From positions 1,760,001 to 1,824,000 of the forward strand of contig CBDCRP010000003.1 in assembly GCA_965221165.1 (NCBI GenBank): a stretch of 64,000 nucleotides of DNA, in the 5' to 3' direction. Positions 28,532 through 38,339 of this stretch are shown here, in pieces. Under the pieces are notes generated by a model that was given only the letters and a program-made list of their open reading frames with translations, did no database searches and had not been told where the DNA came from. Source of the stretch: a bacterium (GTDB lineage: Bacteria > UBA8248). The translations under genes were made by a program, and so were the position numbers. Positions within the stretch are counted from its first letter, which is position 1. Each line of letters starts with the position of its first letter.

Positions 28532-30040
28532 ATGAACGGTGACATGCTTCAGGGCTTCTACCTCGCTCTCGCGCCGACGAGCATCCTGGCCACCGCCCTG
28601 GGCGCGCTGCATGGCCTCATATGCGGGATGATGCCGGGCCTGACGACGAGTGCGGGCATCATCATCCTGTTTCCGGTCACCTTCATCCTGGAGCCGACCA
28701 CCGCCGTGGCGCTGCTGCTCGGCGTATTCGCGGGCGGAATGACGGGGGGAAGCTTCGCCGCCATCCTCATCAACATCCCGGGTTCGCCGTCTGCTTCGGC
28801 CACCACGATGGATGGGTTCCCCCTGACCCAGAAGGGAGAGGCCGGCCGGGCGCTGGGAATTTCCATCGTCTCGAGCTTCACCGGCGGTCTTTTCAGCTTT
28901 TTCTGCCTGGTGTTGATCGCTCCCCAACTCACGAAAGTGGCCCTTCAGTTCCGTGCGGCCGATCTGTTCGGGCTGGTCTTTTTCGGTATGTCCGTCATAT
29001 CCGCCTTCGCGGCGAAATCGCTCGTGAAGGGACTCTTGTCCACTTTTCTCGGCCTCATGATCGTGACGGTGGGGATGGATCCGCTCGTGGGGACGGCTCG
29101 TTTCACCTTCGGCGACGTGAACATGCTCGCGGGCATCCACTTCATCCCCGCTCTCGTGGGCCTCTTCGCCATTCCGGAGATAGTGGCGAACCTGGCGGAG
29201 GGGAACATTCGCTCGGTCGCCTCGAGATTCGGCCGCGTGTTTCCCAGTTGGGAAGATATCAAAAAGATTCGTATTCCGGTGGCCATCGGCTCCATCGTGG
29301 GCACGTTCGTCGGCATCCTGCCGGGAGCGGGCGGCCCGATAGCCGTTTTCGTGAGCTACGACTACGCCCAGAAAGCCAGCAAGGAGCCCGAAAAATTCGG
29401 CAAGGGTTGCATAGAAGGGGTGGCCGCTCCCGAATCGGCGAACAGTTCCATCGCAGGCGGGGCGCTCATTCCCATGATGACGCTGGGTATTCCGGGCGAT
29501 CCGATAACCGCCATCCTCATCGGCGCCTTGCTGGTTCACGGGATGGCGCCGGGGCCGCTGCTTTTCGTGGAGCAGGGCCCTTTTGCGTTTTCCGTGCTTT
29601 TCTCGTATTTCATCGCGATTTGCAGTACGGCGCTGGTCGCGTTCCTGGGGTTGCGGCTCATCGTGAAACTGCTCTCCATCCCCCGCTCGCTCCTTCTTCC
29701 GATCATCGTCGCCTTGTGCGTTCTGGGGACGTATGCGCTGAGAAATTCTTTTTTCGACATCTACGTCATGTTCTTTTTCGGCCTCGTGGCGCTCTCGTTC
29801 AAGTGGCTCGATATTCCGGTCGTCCCCATGTTGCTTGCGCTCGTGCTGGGCAGGCAGTTGGAAGAGCACTTGCGGGTCGCCCTCGCCGCATCGAAAGGCG
29901 ATGTCTCGATTTTCTTCACTTCTCCGTGGTGTCTGGTTTTCCTCTGCCTCTCGTTGGTCTCTTTCGCCTGGCCGTTCCTGCTCGAGTGGAGAATCAGGAA
30001 CAGAGCGCGCAAGAACGCATCCATCCCTTCCTCCGCATAG
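28532..30040 (+). CDS. tctA: TctA family permease
   Basis: ILINIPGSP, DGFPL, GVAAPESAN, LGIPGD motifs. Confidence 0.95.
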   Translation: MNGDMLQGFYLALAPTSILATALGALHGLICGMMPGLTTSAGIIILFPVTFILEPTTAVALLLGVFAGGMTGGSFAAILINIPGSPSASATTMDGFPLTQKGEAGRALGISIVSSFTGGLFSFFCLVLIAPQLTKVALQFRAADLFGLVFFGMSVISAFAAKSLVKGLLSTFLGLMIVTVGMDPLVGTARFTFGDVNMLAGIHFIPALVGLFAIPEIVANLAEGNIRSVASRFGRVFPSWEDIKKIRIPVAIGSIVGTFVGILPGAGGPIAVFVSYDYAQKASKEPEKFGKGCIEGVAAPESANSSIAGGALIPMMTLGIPGDPITAILIGALLVHGMAPGPLLFVEQGPFAFSVLFSYFIAICSTALVAFLGLRLIVKLLSIPRSLLLPIIVALCVLGTYALRNSFFDIYVMFFFGLVALSFKWLDIPVVPMLLALVLGRQLEEHLRVALAASKGDVSIFFTSPWCLVFLCLSLVSFAWPFLLEWRIRNRARKNASIPSSA

Positions 30041-30280
30041 AAAGCGCATCGGTTGGTTCCTTTGCGCTTGAACCGGAGAAAGATTCTCGCGGCGTTTCAG
30101 TCGCAGCCGCTCTGATGAGAACTAAAACGAAAAACGCGGCTCTTGACCCTGAATCGAGGCTCATCTAACCTTCTCTTCACGGTGAAAACAAATTTCCTCT
30201 AACTTCCAGTTTTCGGTCTCGAACGGGTCTGATTCCGGCAATTTGGATTCGTAAGTTTCCATTTTCAAAGGGGGCTTCTC

Positions 30281-31501
30281 ATGTCTGGCTTTTGGAAAAA
30301 AGTGTTTATCGCCGCAGTAATGTCACTGGCGATAGTTTCACTCGGCGCGTCCGCCTCGTTTGCGGCGAAAACCATCAAGATCGGCGCTCTCTCTCCGCTG
30401 ACGGGTCTTTATTCCATCGTGGGGAAAAGAACGAGCCAGGGCATCAACCTGGCCGTCAAGGAAATCAACGACGGGGGCGGCGTTCTGGGCCATAAGGTCG
30501 AGGCGCTGATCCGCGACTCGGAAACCAACCCGGCGAGTTCGGTGCGCACCGCGAGACGTTTGATTCTGCGCGATAAAGTTTTCGCCCTGCTCGGTCCGCT
30601 GCACGGCGGAGCGGCCATCGCCGTCTTGCAGGAATCGAAAAAGCTCAAGACGATGAATTTCCCCTGGGCGGCGACCGAGGAGATCAACACGAAATTCTGC
30701 AGCCGCTACACCTGGCGCGTGGGAAGCAGCGCGCAGCAGACCTCCCGCGCGGGCGCCGTCATCGCCCACCGGCTGGGCTATAAGACCTGGGCGACGATAT
30801 CTTCTGATTTTTCATACGGCCGCTCCGTCGTTCGGCAGTTCTGGAACTATCTCAAGGAGCGCGATCCGGGTGCGAAACGCCCCTATGCGGCTTGGCCAAA
30901 GCTGGGTGAGAACGATTACTCCGCCTACATCAACAAGATGCAGAAGGCGAAGCCGGATGCCATCTACGTCGGCCTGTTCGGTGCGGACCTCATCAAGTTC
31001 ATGAAGCAGGCCCGCTCCTTCGGGATGTACGAGAAGGTGAAGATTTTCACCGATTTCGGCGGCAACCACGTGTTGCTCAAGGCGCTGGGCGATCAGGCGC
31101 CTTTCGGGCATTGGGCGAGTTCGCGCTATCTGCACAACTATCCGGTTTCCGCGGGCAACAAGCGCTTTGTGGACAATTTCCGCAAGGCGTACAACGTATA
31201 TCCGGACATGATGGCCGGCGAGGCTTACTCGACCGTCCACGTGATTGCGGAATCCATCCGCCGCGCCGGCGCCGTGGACAAGGAGAAGGCGATTGACGCC
31301 ATGGGCGGCGTCGCTTTCAACGCGCCAGAGGGATGGATCATCATGCGCCCATCCGATCACCAAGGGTGGCAGTCGAGCTTCTGGGGCGTGATTTCAAAGA
31401 GTAAGAAATATCCTTTCCCGATTCTCTCGAACATTCAGGTGATATCTCCCGTCGAGGGTTCTCACCCCGACGAGAACACGGGCCAGGGTTGCCGGAAATA
31501 A
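30281..31501 (+). CDS. Liv-type (HAAT) ABC substrate-binding protein
   Basis: Signal peptide, IKIGALSPLTG, EINDGGGVLG, DFSYG motifs. Confidence 0.9.
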   Translation: MSGFWKKVFIAAVMSLAIVSLGASASFAAKTIKIGALSPLTGLYSIVGKRTSQGINLAVKEINDGGGVLGHKVEALIRDSETNPASSVRTARRLILRDKVFALLGPLHGGAAIAVLQESKKLKTMNFPWAATEEINTKFCSRYTWRVGSSAQQTSRAGAVIAHRLGYKTWATISSDFSYGRSVVRQFWNYLKERDPGAKRPYAAWPKLGENDYSAYINKMQKAKPDAIYVGLFGADLIKFMKQARSFGMYEKVKIFTDFGGNHVLLKALGDQAPFGHWASSRYLHNYPVSAGNKRFVDNFRKAYNVYPDMMAGEAYSTVHVIAESIRRAGAVDKEKAIDAMGGVAFNAPEGWIIMRPSDHQGWQSSFWGVISKSKKYPFPILSNIQVISPVEGSHPDENTGQGCRK

Positions 31502-31510
31502 TCATCACGC

Positions 31511-31562
31511 GTGAAGCCATAGACGCCCCGGGGAGTTTCCGGGGCGTTGCTTCACCTTTTTC
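31511..31562 (+). terminator. Stem-loop with U-tract after the binding-protein gene
   Basis: GTGAAGC..ACGCCCCGG-loop-CCGGGGCGT..GCTTCAC followed by a T run. Confidence 0.65.
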
Positions 31563-31577
31563 TGGAGGCCCGGGCGC

Positions 31578-32459
31578 ATGGAATTGGACGTCAGTTTTTG
31601 GTTGACCCAGTTTTTGAACGGGTTGGCCAACGCGATGGTTCTCTTCCTGATCGCCTCGGGCCTGACGATTCTCCTGGGCGTCCTGGGCGTCCTGAATCTG
31701 GCCCATGGTTCGTTTTACATGCTGGGCGCTTTTCTGATTTTCTCGAGTTCGCTCATCAAGAATCCAAGCTGGTTCTGGGTGGGTCTGCTCCTGGCGCCCC
31801 TCGTGGTGGCGGGGTTTGGAACCATCATCGAAGCCTTTTTCCTGCGCCCTCTCTATCATCGCGAAAGACTCTACACCCTGCTTTTAACCTATGGCTTCAC
31901 ACTTATTCTCGATGACCTGGTTTTGCTGATTTGGGGCCGGGATTACAAGTCCGTTCCCATTCCCGCGCTGTTCGAGGGCCGGATCTCCATCGGGGATTTC
32001 AGTTATCCCGTGTATTTTCTCTTCATCATCGCAGTCGGTCCACTGGTGGGCGTTTTTCTTTGGTTTGTTCTCCACCGAACTAATTTCGGGAAACTCATCC
32101 GCGCCGCCTCCACGGACAGCGAGATGCTCGACGCCCTGGGGGTCAACGTGAACCGGGTATTCACCGGCGTGTTCGCCCTGGGCGCCTGGCTCGCGAGCCT
32201 GGGCGGGATTCTGGCCGCGCCCATGAGGAGCGTCGAGCCCGGCATGGGGGTGGAGATCATCATCGAATCGTTCATCGTCGTCATCATCGGGGGGATGGGG
32301 AGTTATCTGGGCGCGTTCGTGGGCGCCGTGCTCATCGGGATGCTCAAGGCGTTCGGCATCGAAATTCTCGAGAATTTTTCGATGGTTTTCATCTACGCCC
32401 TCGTGCTGCCGATTCTAATCTTAAGACCCCGTGGTCTGTTCGGCGAGACGACAATCTAG
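31578..32459 (+). CDS. livH: LivH-type ABC permease
   Basis: NLAHGSFYMLGA, VVIIGGMGS, RPRGLFG. Confidence 0.9.
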   Translation: MELDVSFWLTQFLNGLANAMVLFLIASGLTILLGVLGVLNLAHGSFYMLGAFLIFSSSLIKNPSWFWVGLLLAPLVVAGFGTIIEAFFLRPLYHRERLYTLLLTYGFTLILDDLVLLIWGRDYKSVPIPALFEGRISIGDFSYPVYFLFIIAVGPLVGVFLWFVLHRTNFGKLIRAASTDSEMLDALGVNVNRVFTGVFALGAWLASLGGILAAPMRSVEPGMGVEIIIESFIVVIIGGMGSYLGAFVGAVLIGMLKAFGIEILENFSMVFIYALVLPILILRPRGLFGETTI

Positions 32460-32481
32460 GAACGGGAGCCTGGAAAGACGC

Positions 32482-33510
32482 ATGGAAAGTTCATCGAGCA
32501 GAAAAATTTTCTTGAGCCGACTCACGGAGCGCATCCCCAAACGCTTCGGCGTCGCGGTTTTGCTCGGATTGGCCGTTCTCGCGCCCTTCCTGGTTCAGAA
32601 CGATTATTATATTCAGCTTTGCACGGAAATTCTCATCGCGAGCCTGCTCGCCATCAGCCTGAATTTTCTCATCGGCTTCACCGGCCTCGTCTCCCTGGGA
32701 CATGCGGTGTACCTGGGCGTCGGCGCCTATGCCTTCGCCCTTTTGACGAAGAACGTGTATCCCTCCATGTGGGCCGGATTGATAACGGCGGGCGCCTCCT
32801 GCGCACTTCTCGCATGGTTCATGGGCATTTTCTGCGTACGTCTGGCGGGGTTGTATTTCGCCATGTTGACGCTCGCGTTCTCTCAAGTGGTCTACACCGT
32901 CGCCTACTATTGGCGCGACGTTACGGGCGGGGATGACGGGATGCTCGGCATCCCCAAGCCCGAGATAGGGATTCCGGGCGTGTTCAGCATTTCTCTGGAA
33001 TCGTTTACGAACTTTTATTATTTCGTGCTGCTCATCGTGGCGGCGTTCATCTTCCTCGCGTGGAAAATCGCCAATTCCCCTTTTGGGAGGGTGCTTCAAG
33101 CCATCCGGGAAAATCCCGAGCGCGTGGAATTCATCGGCCTGCCCGTGCACAGGTACAAATTGTTCGCATTCATCATCGCCGGGACTCTCGGCGGTTTCGC
33201 GGGTGGGCTTTATTCGACTTTTCAGGGCTATATTTCACCCGATTTGCTCTACTGGACCCAATCGGGCGAAATTGTTCTGATGACGATCCTGGGCGGCATG
33301 TATTCTTTCCTGGGGCCCGCCTTCGGCGCGGGGCTGCTCCTGTTCATCCGGGATACGGTTTTGAATTTCATGGAGTACTGGAGGATCGTCGTCGGAGGCA
33401 TTCTGGTGCTCCTGGTCTTGTTCCTCCCCGGCGGAATCCTGGGATTTTTCGAGGGTTGGACCTCCAGATTATCGATAGGTGGAAACGATGGCGACGACGC
33501 CCGTTCTTGA
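32482..33510 (+). CDS. livM: LivM-type ABC permease
   Basis: GLVSLGHA, YFAMLTLAF, TGGDDG, SPFGRVLQAIRENP. Confidence 0.9.
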   Translation: MESSSSRKIFLSRLTERIPKRFGVAVLLGLAVLAPFLVQNDYYIQLCTEILIASLLAISLNFLIGFTGLVSLGHAVYLGVGAYAFALLTKNVYPSMWAGLITAGASCALLAWFMGIFCVRLAGLYFAMLTLAFSQVVYTVAYYWRDVTGGDDGMLGIPKPEIGIPGVFSISLESFTNFYYFVLLIVAAFIFLAWKIANSPFGRVLQAIRENPERVEFIGLPVHRYKLFAFIIAGTLGGFAGGLYSTFQGYISPDLLYWTQSGEIVLMTILGGMYSFLGPAFGAGLLLFIRDTVLNFMEYWRIVVGGILVLLVLFLPGGILGFFEGWTSRLSIGGNDGDDARS

Positions 33511-34240
33511 GACTCAGGATCTCACCAAGGCGTTCGGCTCACTGGTGGCGGTGAACGAGGTAAACTTTCAGGTCCCGCAGGGAGAGCTGTGCGCCGTCAT
33601 CGGGCCCAACGGGGCAGGGAAGACCACCTTGTTCAATCTGATTTCGGGGAGGCTCGAGCCGACCTCGGGCGGCGTTTTCTTCGAGGGGGAGGACATTACC
33701 GGCTTTCCGCCGCACGCGGTGGTGAAAAAAGGGGTGGGCCGCTCTTTTCAGATCACGAACATATTCCCCAGGCTCTCGGTTCTGGACAACGTGCGCATCG
33801 CCGTTTTGGCGAGACGGGGAAAGACGCTGGATATGTTCTCCCCCATCGAGAAGCACACCGAAGAACAGGAAGAGGCGCTTGAAATCCTCGGCGAGGTGGA
33901 ACTCGGCCACAAGGCGCATCACCCGACCACGGAACTCGGCCACGGGGAGAGAAGAAACCTGGAACTCGGCATCACGCTGGCGCTCGAGCCCCGGTTGATT
34001 CTGCTCGATGAGCCGACGGCCGGGATGTCGATCGAGGAGACGTCGAGCACCATCGATCTCGTAAAGAAGATATCCGCCGACAAAACGGTCATCTTCACGG
34101 AACACGACATGAGCGTGGTTTTCTCGATTGCCGACCGCATATCCGTCCTGCACCAGGGGAGCATCATCGCCGAGGGAACGCCGGATGAGATTCGCAGGGA
34201 CGACCTCGTTCGCCTCGCCTATCTGGGGGAAGAGGTGTGA
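33488..34240 (+). CDS. livG: LivG-type ABC ATP-binding protein
   Basis: GPNGAGKTT, RSFQITNIF, LDEPTAGM, EHDM, AYLG. Confidence 0.92.
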   Translation: MATTPVLETQDLTKAFGSLVAVNEVNFQVPQGELCAVIGPNGAGKTTLFNLISGRLEPTSGGVFFEGEDITGFPPHAVVKKGVGRSFQITNIFPRLSVLDNVRIAVLARRGKTLDMFSPIEKHTEEQEEALEILGEVELGHKAHHPTTELGHGERRNLELGITLALEPRLILLDEPTAGMSIEETSSTIDLVKKISADKTVIFTEHDMSVVFSIADRISVLHQGSIIAEGTPDEIRRDDLVRLAYLGEEV

Positions 34241-34938
34241 TTCTCATCGTCGAGAAAATAAATACGTTCTATGGGCACAGCCATATTTTGTTCGACGTGG
34301 ATTTGTCCATCGCCGAAGGGGAGGTGGTGAGCCTTCTCGGTAGGAACGGCGCGGGCAAGACGACAACGCTGCGCTCCATCATGGGGTTGACGCCCCCTCG
34401 GGCGGGGAGCGTGCGCTGGCTGGGCGAGGAGGTGCAACGCTTGAAGCCGCATGTGATTGCCAGAAAGGGCGTGGGTTTCGTGCCCGAGGACAGGAGAATC
34501 TTCTCCCGTCTGAGCGTGGAGGAAAATCTCGAGATAGGCGCATTCAAGCTGGATCGGGCAAGCCTCTGGACACTTGAGCGCATATATGGTCTTTTCCCTC
34601 AGCTCGAGCAATTGAAGGCGCACAAGGGAAACGAACTCAGTGGAGGTGAACAGCAGATGCTGGCCATCGCCCGCGCTTTGATGGGGGCTCCGAAACTCGT
34701 TTTGCTCGATGAACCCTCGGAAGGTCTGGCGCCGGTCATCGTGAAAGACGTGGGCGAGATGATCGGCACGCTCAAGGACGAGGGAATCGCCGTTCTCTTG
34801 GTGGAGCAAAATGCGCGTTTCGCCTGTCGGCTCTCCGATCGCGTCTACATCATCGATAACGGCAGGGTGCGTTTCGGTGGTACGGTGGCGCAGCTCGAAG
34901 CGGACGAGGAACTCAAATCGCGTTATCTGGCCGTTTGA
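34237..34938 (+). CDS. livF: LivF-type ABC ATP-binding protein
   Basis: GRNGAGKTT, LSGGEQQMLAIARALM, DEPSEGLAP, VEQN. Confidence 0.93.
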   Translation: MILIVEKINTFYGHSHILFDVDLSIAEGEVVSLLGRNGAGKTTTLRSIMGLTPPRAGSVRWLGEEVQRLKPHVIARKGVGFVPEDRRIFSRLSVEENLEIGAFKLDRASLWTLERIYGLFPQLEQLKAHKGNELSGGEQQMLAIARALMGAPKLVLLDEPSEGLAPVIVKDVGEMIGTLKDEGIAVLLVEQNARFACRLSDRVYIIDNGRVRFGGTVAQLEADEELKSRYLAV

Positions 34939-34977
34939 TTTTTTGTTTTCCCGGCAGGGAAACGAGGAGGGTTTTGG

Positions 34978-35985
34978 ATGAACTCCCGTGTCGAATTCGG
35001 TTTGATCATGGCCCTGACCATCCGCGGGCTCGCCGTCGGAAACTTCGAGGACATGAAATCCGTGGCCCAGGAGGCGGAGAGGCTGGGCTTTGATTCGGTA
35101 TGGCTTTGCGATCACTTCCTGACGCTCGACCCGAGTTCGTATGCCAAAGACGCCGGTTTCGATGCGGCGGGGGACTCAGAAGGCGTCGGTTCCGGCTCCA
35201 TCCCCTTGCTCGAAACCTGGACGGCGCTCAGCGCCCTCTCGCAGGTGACGAAAAAACTCCGCTTGGGAACCAGCGTTCTCAGCAATTCTTACCGCATCCC
35301 CTCTGTGCTCGCGAAGATGGGCGCGACGCTGGATCACATCAGCGGCGGACGGCTCGATTTGGGTCTCGGCGCGGGCTGGATGCAGGAGGAATACGAGGCT
35401 TACGGCATACCTTTCCCGAGGGCTTCTGTTCGCATCGCCCAGATGGAAGAGGCGGTTCAGTTGATCCGCAAGATCTGGACGGAGCCCCACCCCACGTTCG
35501 AGGGCGAGCATTACACGATAAAGGGCGCGGTGTGCGACCCCCCGCCGGTTCAAAAACCCTCGCCTCCGATATGGATTGGCGGGGAGGGGAAGAAAGTCCT
35601 TCGCGCGGCGGCCAGATACGCCGATGGCTTCAACGTGCGCTGGTGGCCTCCCGAGCACTATCTCGAACGCAAGGAGGAGATTGACGCCAACTGCGAGGAG
35701 GCTGGGCGCGACCCCCAGGCGTTCAGGCGCTCCTTGATGTGCCTTCTTCTGCCGAGCCATGACCGCGCGCGAATCGAGGCCGAAAAAAAGCGATTTGCCG
35801 CCATTCCTGAGACTGGTATAATTTCGGGCACACCCAAGGAATGCGTGGAACGGATGATGGAATACGTCGACGCGGGCGTCAGGCATTTTCTGTATACGAT
35901 CCCCGACGTAGCCGAAATGGATATGCTTCGTCTCGCGGGAGAGGAGATTCTTCCCGAGGTCAGGAATCTGGCGAACGGGAGTTGA
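34978..35985 (+). CDS. LLM-class oxidoreductase, possibly F420-dependent
   Basis: GFDSVWLCDHF, ETWTALSAL, LDHISGGRLDLGLGAGW, PPIWIGGEG. Confidence 0.88.
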   Translation: MNSRVEFGLIMALTIRGLAVGNFEDMKSVAQEAERLGFDSVWLCDHFLTLDPSSYAKDAGFDAAGDSEGVGSGSIPLLETWTALSALSQVTKKLRLGTSVLSNSYRIPSVLAKMGATLDHISGGRLDLGLGAGWMQEEYEAYGIPFPRASVRIAQMEEAVQLIRKIWTEPHPTFEGEHYTIKGAVCDPPPVQKPSPPIWIGGEGKKVLRAAARYADGFNVRWWPPEHYLERKEEIDANCEEAGRDPQAFRRSLMCLLLPSHDRARIEAEKKRFAAIPETGIISGTPKECVERMMEYVDAGVRHFLYTIPDVAEMDMLRLAGEEILPEVRNLANGS

Positions 35986-36016
35986 AGCCGTTTATATCTA
36001 GCAGGGAGATTTTCAA

Positions 36017-36706
36017 ATGAATGAAAACCGAGAACTCGCCGATTACTTGAAGCCCACCGAATTCATCGATTCGGACAATCCCGATATCGTCTCCAAAGCC
36101 GAAGAACTCACGGACGGCTGCGCGGACGAGAAGGAAAAACTCGGAAATATCTATTACTTCGTCCGCGATTTTCCCTACGATATTCTAGACTCGTTCCGCT
36201 ACCTCGCCGAGGGGAAACGCCAGGCGAGCGACGTGCTCAATAACGGCAAGGCGTTCTGCATGGGCAAGGCCAGCATGTTCGCCGCTCTGTGCCGTGCGTC
36301 GGGCATTCCCTCGCGCATCGGTTTCCAGCAGCTTCATTGCCCCGATAAACCTTTCATGAACGAGGAGGTCGCCAAGATTTGGGGCGACCGCAAGCTGCCG
36401 TGGCACTCGCTGGGAGAGGCGTATCTGGACGGCAGGTGGCTCAAGCTCGACGCCACGATCGACAAGGAATTCGCCTCGCGGAAAGGGCGGGTATATTCCC
36501 AGGAGTTCGACGGCGTACACGACATTCCCTCCGTGGAAGGCCCTCTCATCAAGGACCTCCCCAGCCACACGGACTACCCGAAAGACGTTGCCGACTGGTA
36601 TGAGCAGGTCGCCAAGGACGTCGTCGCAACTGTGGAGGAAGATGTGGTCCATAAAGACGTTTTGAGCGATCAGGAATGGTCCGGCCCCGAGGCCGAGAAA
36701 TTATAG
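36017..36706 (+). CDS. Transglutaminase-like superfamily protein
   Basis: Cys-His-Asp triad motifs FCMGKA..AALCRASGIPSR, WHSLGE, W.KLDAT. Confidence 0.85.
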   Translation: MNENRELADYLKPTEFIDSDNPDIVSKAEELTDGCADEKEKLGNIYYFVRDFPYDILDSFRYLAEGKRQASDVLNNGKAFCMGKASMFAALCRASGIPSRIGFQQLHCPDKPFMNEEVAKIWGDRKLPWHSLGEAYLDGRWLKLDATIDKEFASRKGRVYSQEFDGVHDIPSVEGPLIKDLPSHTDYPKDVADWYEQVAKDVVATVEEDVVHKDVLSDQEWSGPEAEKL

Positions 36707-36765
36707 AGCGGGGCACCCCCAGAATGGAGAATGGTCGAAAAAATGTCCAATGAAAGGAGCTTTTG

Positions 36766-38274
36766 ATGTCGGGTAATGTCGTGAAGGTGACCGAGTTCCC
36801 CCTCACCCAGGAAGTGGAGCAGCAATATATCGACGGCGTCTGGATCAAAGGCGAGCGCGGCGAGCCGATAGACGTGCTCAATCCCTCGAACAACGAGACG
36901 ATTTTTCAGTTGTTCCCGGCATCTGACGCGCAGGTCGATGAGGCCGTCGCCTCCTGCTGGCGGGCGTTTCACGATGCGTCCTGGAAGAAGATGCCCGCCC
37001 TCGAGCGCGGAAAATTGATTACGAAACTCGCAGGCCTGATGCGCGAGCACGCGGAAACCCTCGCGAGATTAGAGGCGACCAACACGGGCATCCCCATCCG
37101 GGAGAGCCGTCTGGAATCTGCCTCTTCCGCGCGCCATTTCGAGTATTTCGCCGGGTGGGCCGGCAAAGTGGAGGGCAGCGCGCAGCCCCTTATGAACGAT
37201 CGCCTCATGTATTCGACGAGGGAGCCTTTGGGCGTCGTGGCCATCATCGTTCCCTGGAACACCCCGCTCAAGCTCATGTCCCGGGGGCTGGCCGCCGCTC
37301 TGACCTGCGGCAACACGGTGGTGGTCAAGCCCTCCGCCGTCGCCCTGGCCTCGGTGCTCTATTTCGGGAAACTGGTCGAAGAGGCCGGGTTCCCGCCGGG
37401 GGTGATCAACATCGTCGCGGGTTCGGGGTGCTCGACGGGCGCCAAGATCGTGGGCCATCCCGATATCAGAAAAATCGTCTTCACGGGCGGTACGGAGGGC
37501 GGCCTGGAAGTCCTCGGGCTCGCGGCAAAGAACGTGACCCCGGTGTTGGCCGAACTGGGAGGCAAGGGCCCCATCATCGTTTGCGAAGACGCTGATTTGG
37601 ACGAGGCGGCGGATGGCGTGATGAGCCAGGTGTTCGCCCGCCAGGGCGAGGTCTGTTTCGCAGGCACCCGCCTGTTCCTCCCGCCTTCCATCCACGATGC
37701 GTTCGTCGAGAAGATTATCGAGCGGGTCGAAGGGATAGGTGTGGGCGACGCCATGGATGAAGCGACCGATATGGGGCCGCTCATTTCCCGCGATCATCTC
37801 GCAGATGTGGCTGGTTACGTCGAATCGGCAGTAGAGGACGGGGCGCGCGTCGCCTGTGGGGGCGGTCGCGCGGCGCCGGAAGGAGGGCCGGACGGCAATT
37901 TCATGCAGCCCACGGTGCTCACGGGCGTGAACCAGGGAATGAAGGTGGCGTGCGAGGAGGTTTTCGGCCCCGTTCTAACGGTTCATGAGTATGATTCTCT
38001 CGACGATGCGGTCAGGGACGCCAACGCCACGGACTTCGGGTTGGCGAGCTACGTCTGGACGAGCGACCTGCGCCGAGCGCATCGCCTCGCTCAGGAGCTT
38101 GATTGTGGAAACGTGTTCATCAACACCTACCGCTACGGCTCGGAGATACCCTTCGGCGGCGTGAAGAAAAGCGGCATCGGCAGGGAGCATGGCGAGGAGG
38201 CGCTGCGCGAATACACCCAGGTGAAAAGCGTCTGTATCGGGCTTTCAAGATGGCATTCCTGGAATCGTGATTAA
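36766..38274 (+). CDS. Aldehyde dehydrogenase family protein
   Basis: PWNTP, FTGGT, ELGGKG, catalytic Cys in GEVCFAGTR, EEVFGPV, PFGGVKKSGIGRE. Confidence 0.95.
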   Translation: MSGNVVKVTEFPLTQEVEQQYIDGVWIKGERGEPIDVLNPSNNETIFQLFPASDAQVDEAVASCWRAFHDASWKKMPALERGKLITKLAGLMREHAETLARLEATNTGIPIRESRLESASSARHFEYFAGWAGKVEGSAQPLMNDRLMYSTREPLGVVAIIVPWNTPLKLMSRGLAAALTCGNTVVVKPSAVALASVLYFGKLVEEAGFPPGVINIVAGSGCSTGAKIVGHPDIRKIVFTGGTEGGLEVLGLAAKNVTPVLAELGGKGPIIVCEDADLDEAADGVMSQVFARQGEVCFAGTRLFLPPSIHDAFVEKIIERVEGIGVGDAMDEATDMGPLISRDHLADVAGYVESAVEDGARVACGGGRAAPEGGPDGNFMQPTVLTGVNQGMKVACEEVFGPVLTVHEYDSLDDAVRDANATDFGLASYVWTSDLRRAHRLAQELDCGNVFINTYRYGSEIPFGGVKKSGIGREHGEEALREYTQVKSVCIGLSRWHSWNRD

Positions 38275-38339
38275 GATGATCCCATGAAATTCAAGAAATT
38301 TTTCAACGCATTTCTAGCGCATTTCAAGGAGGTAACATC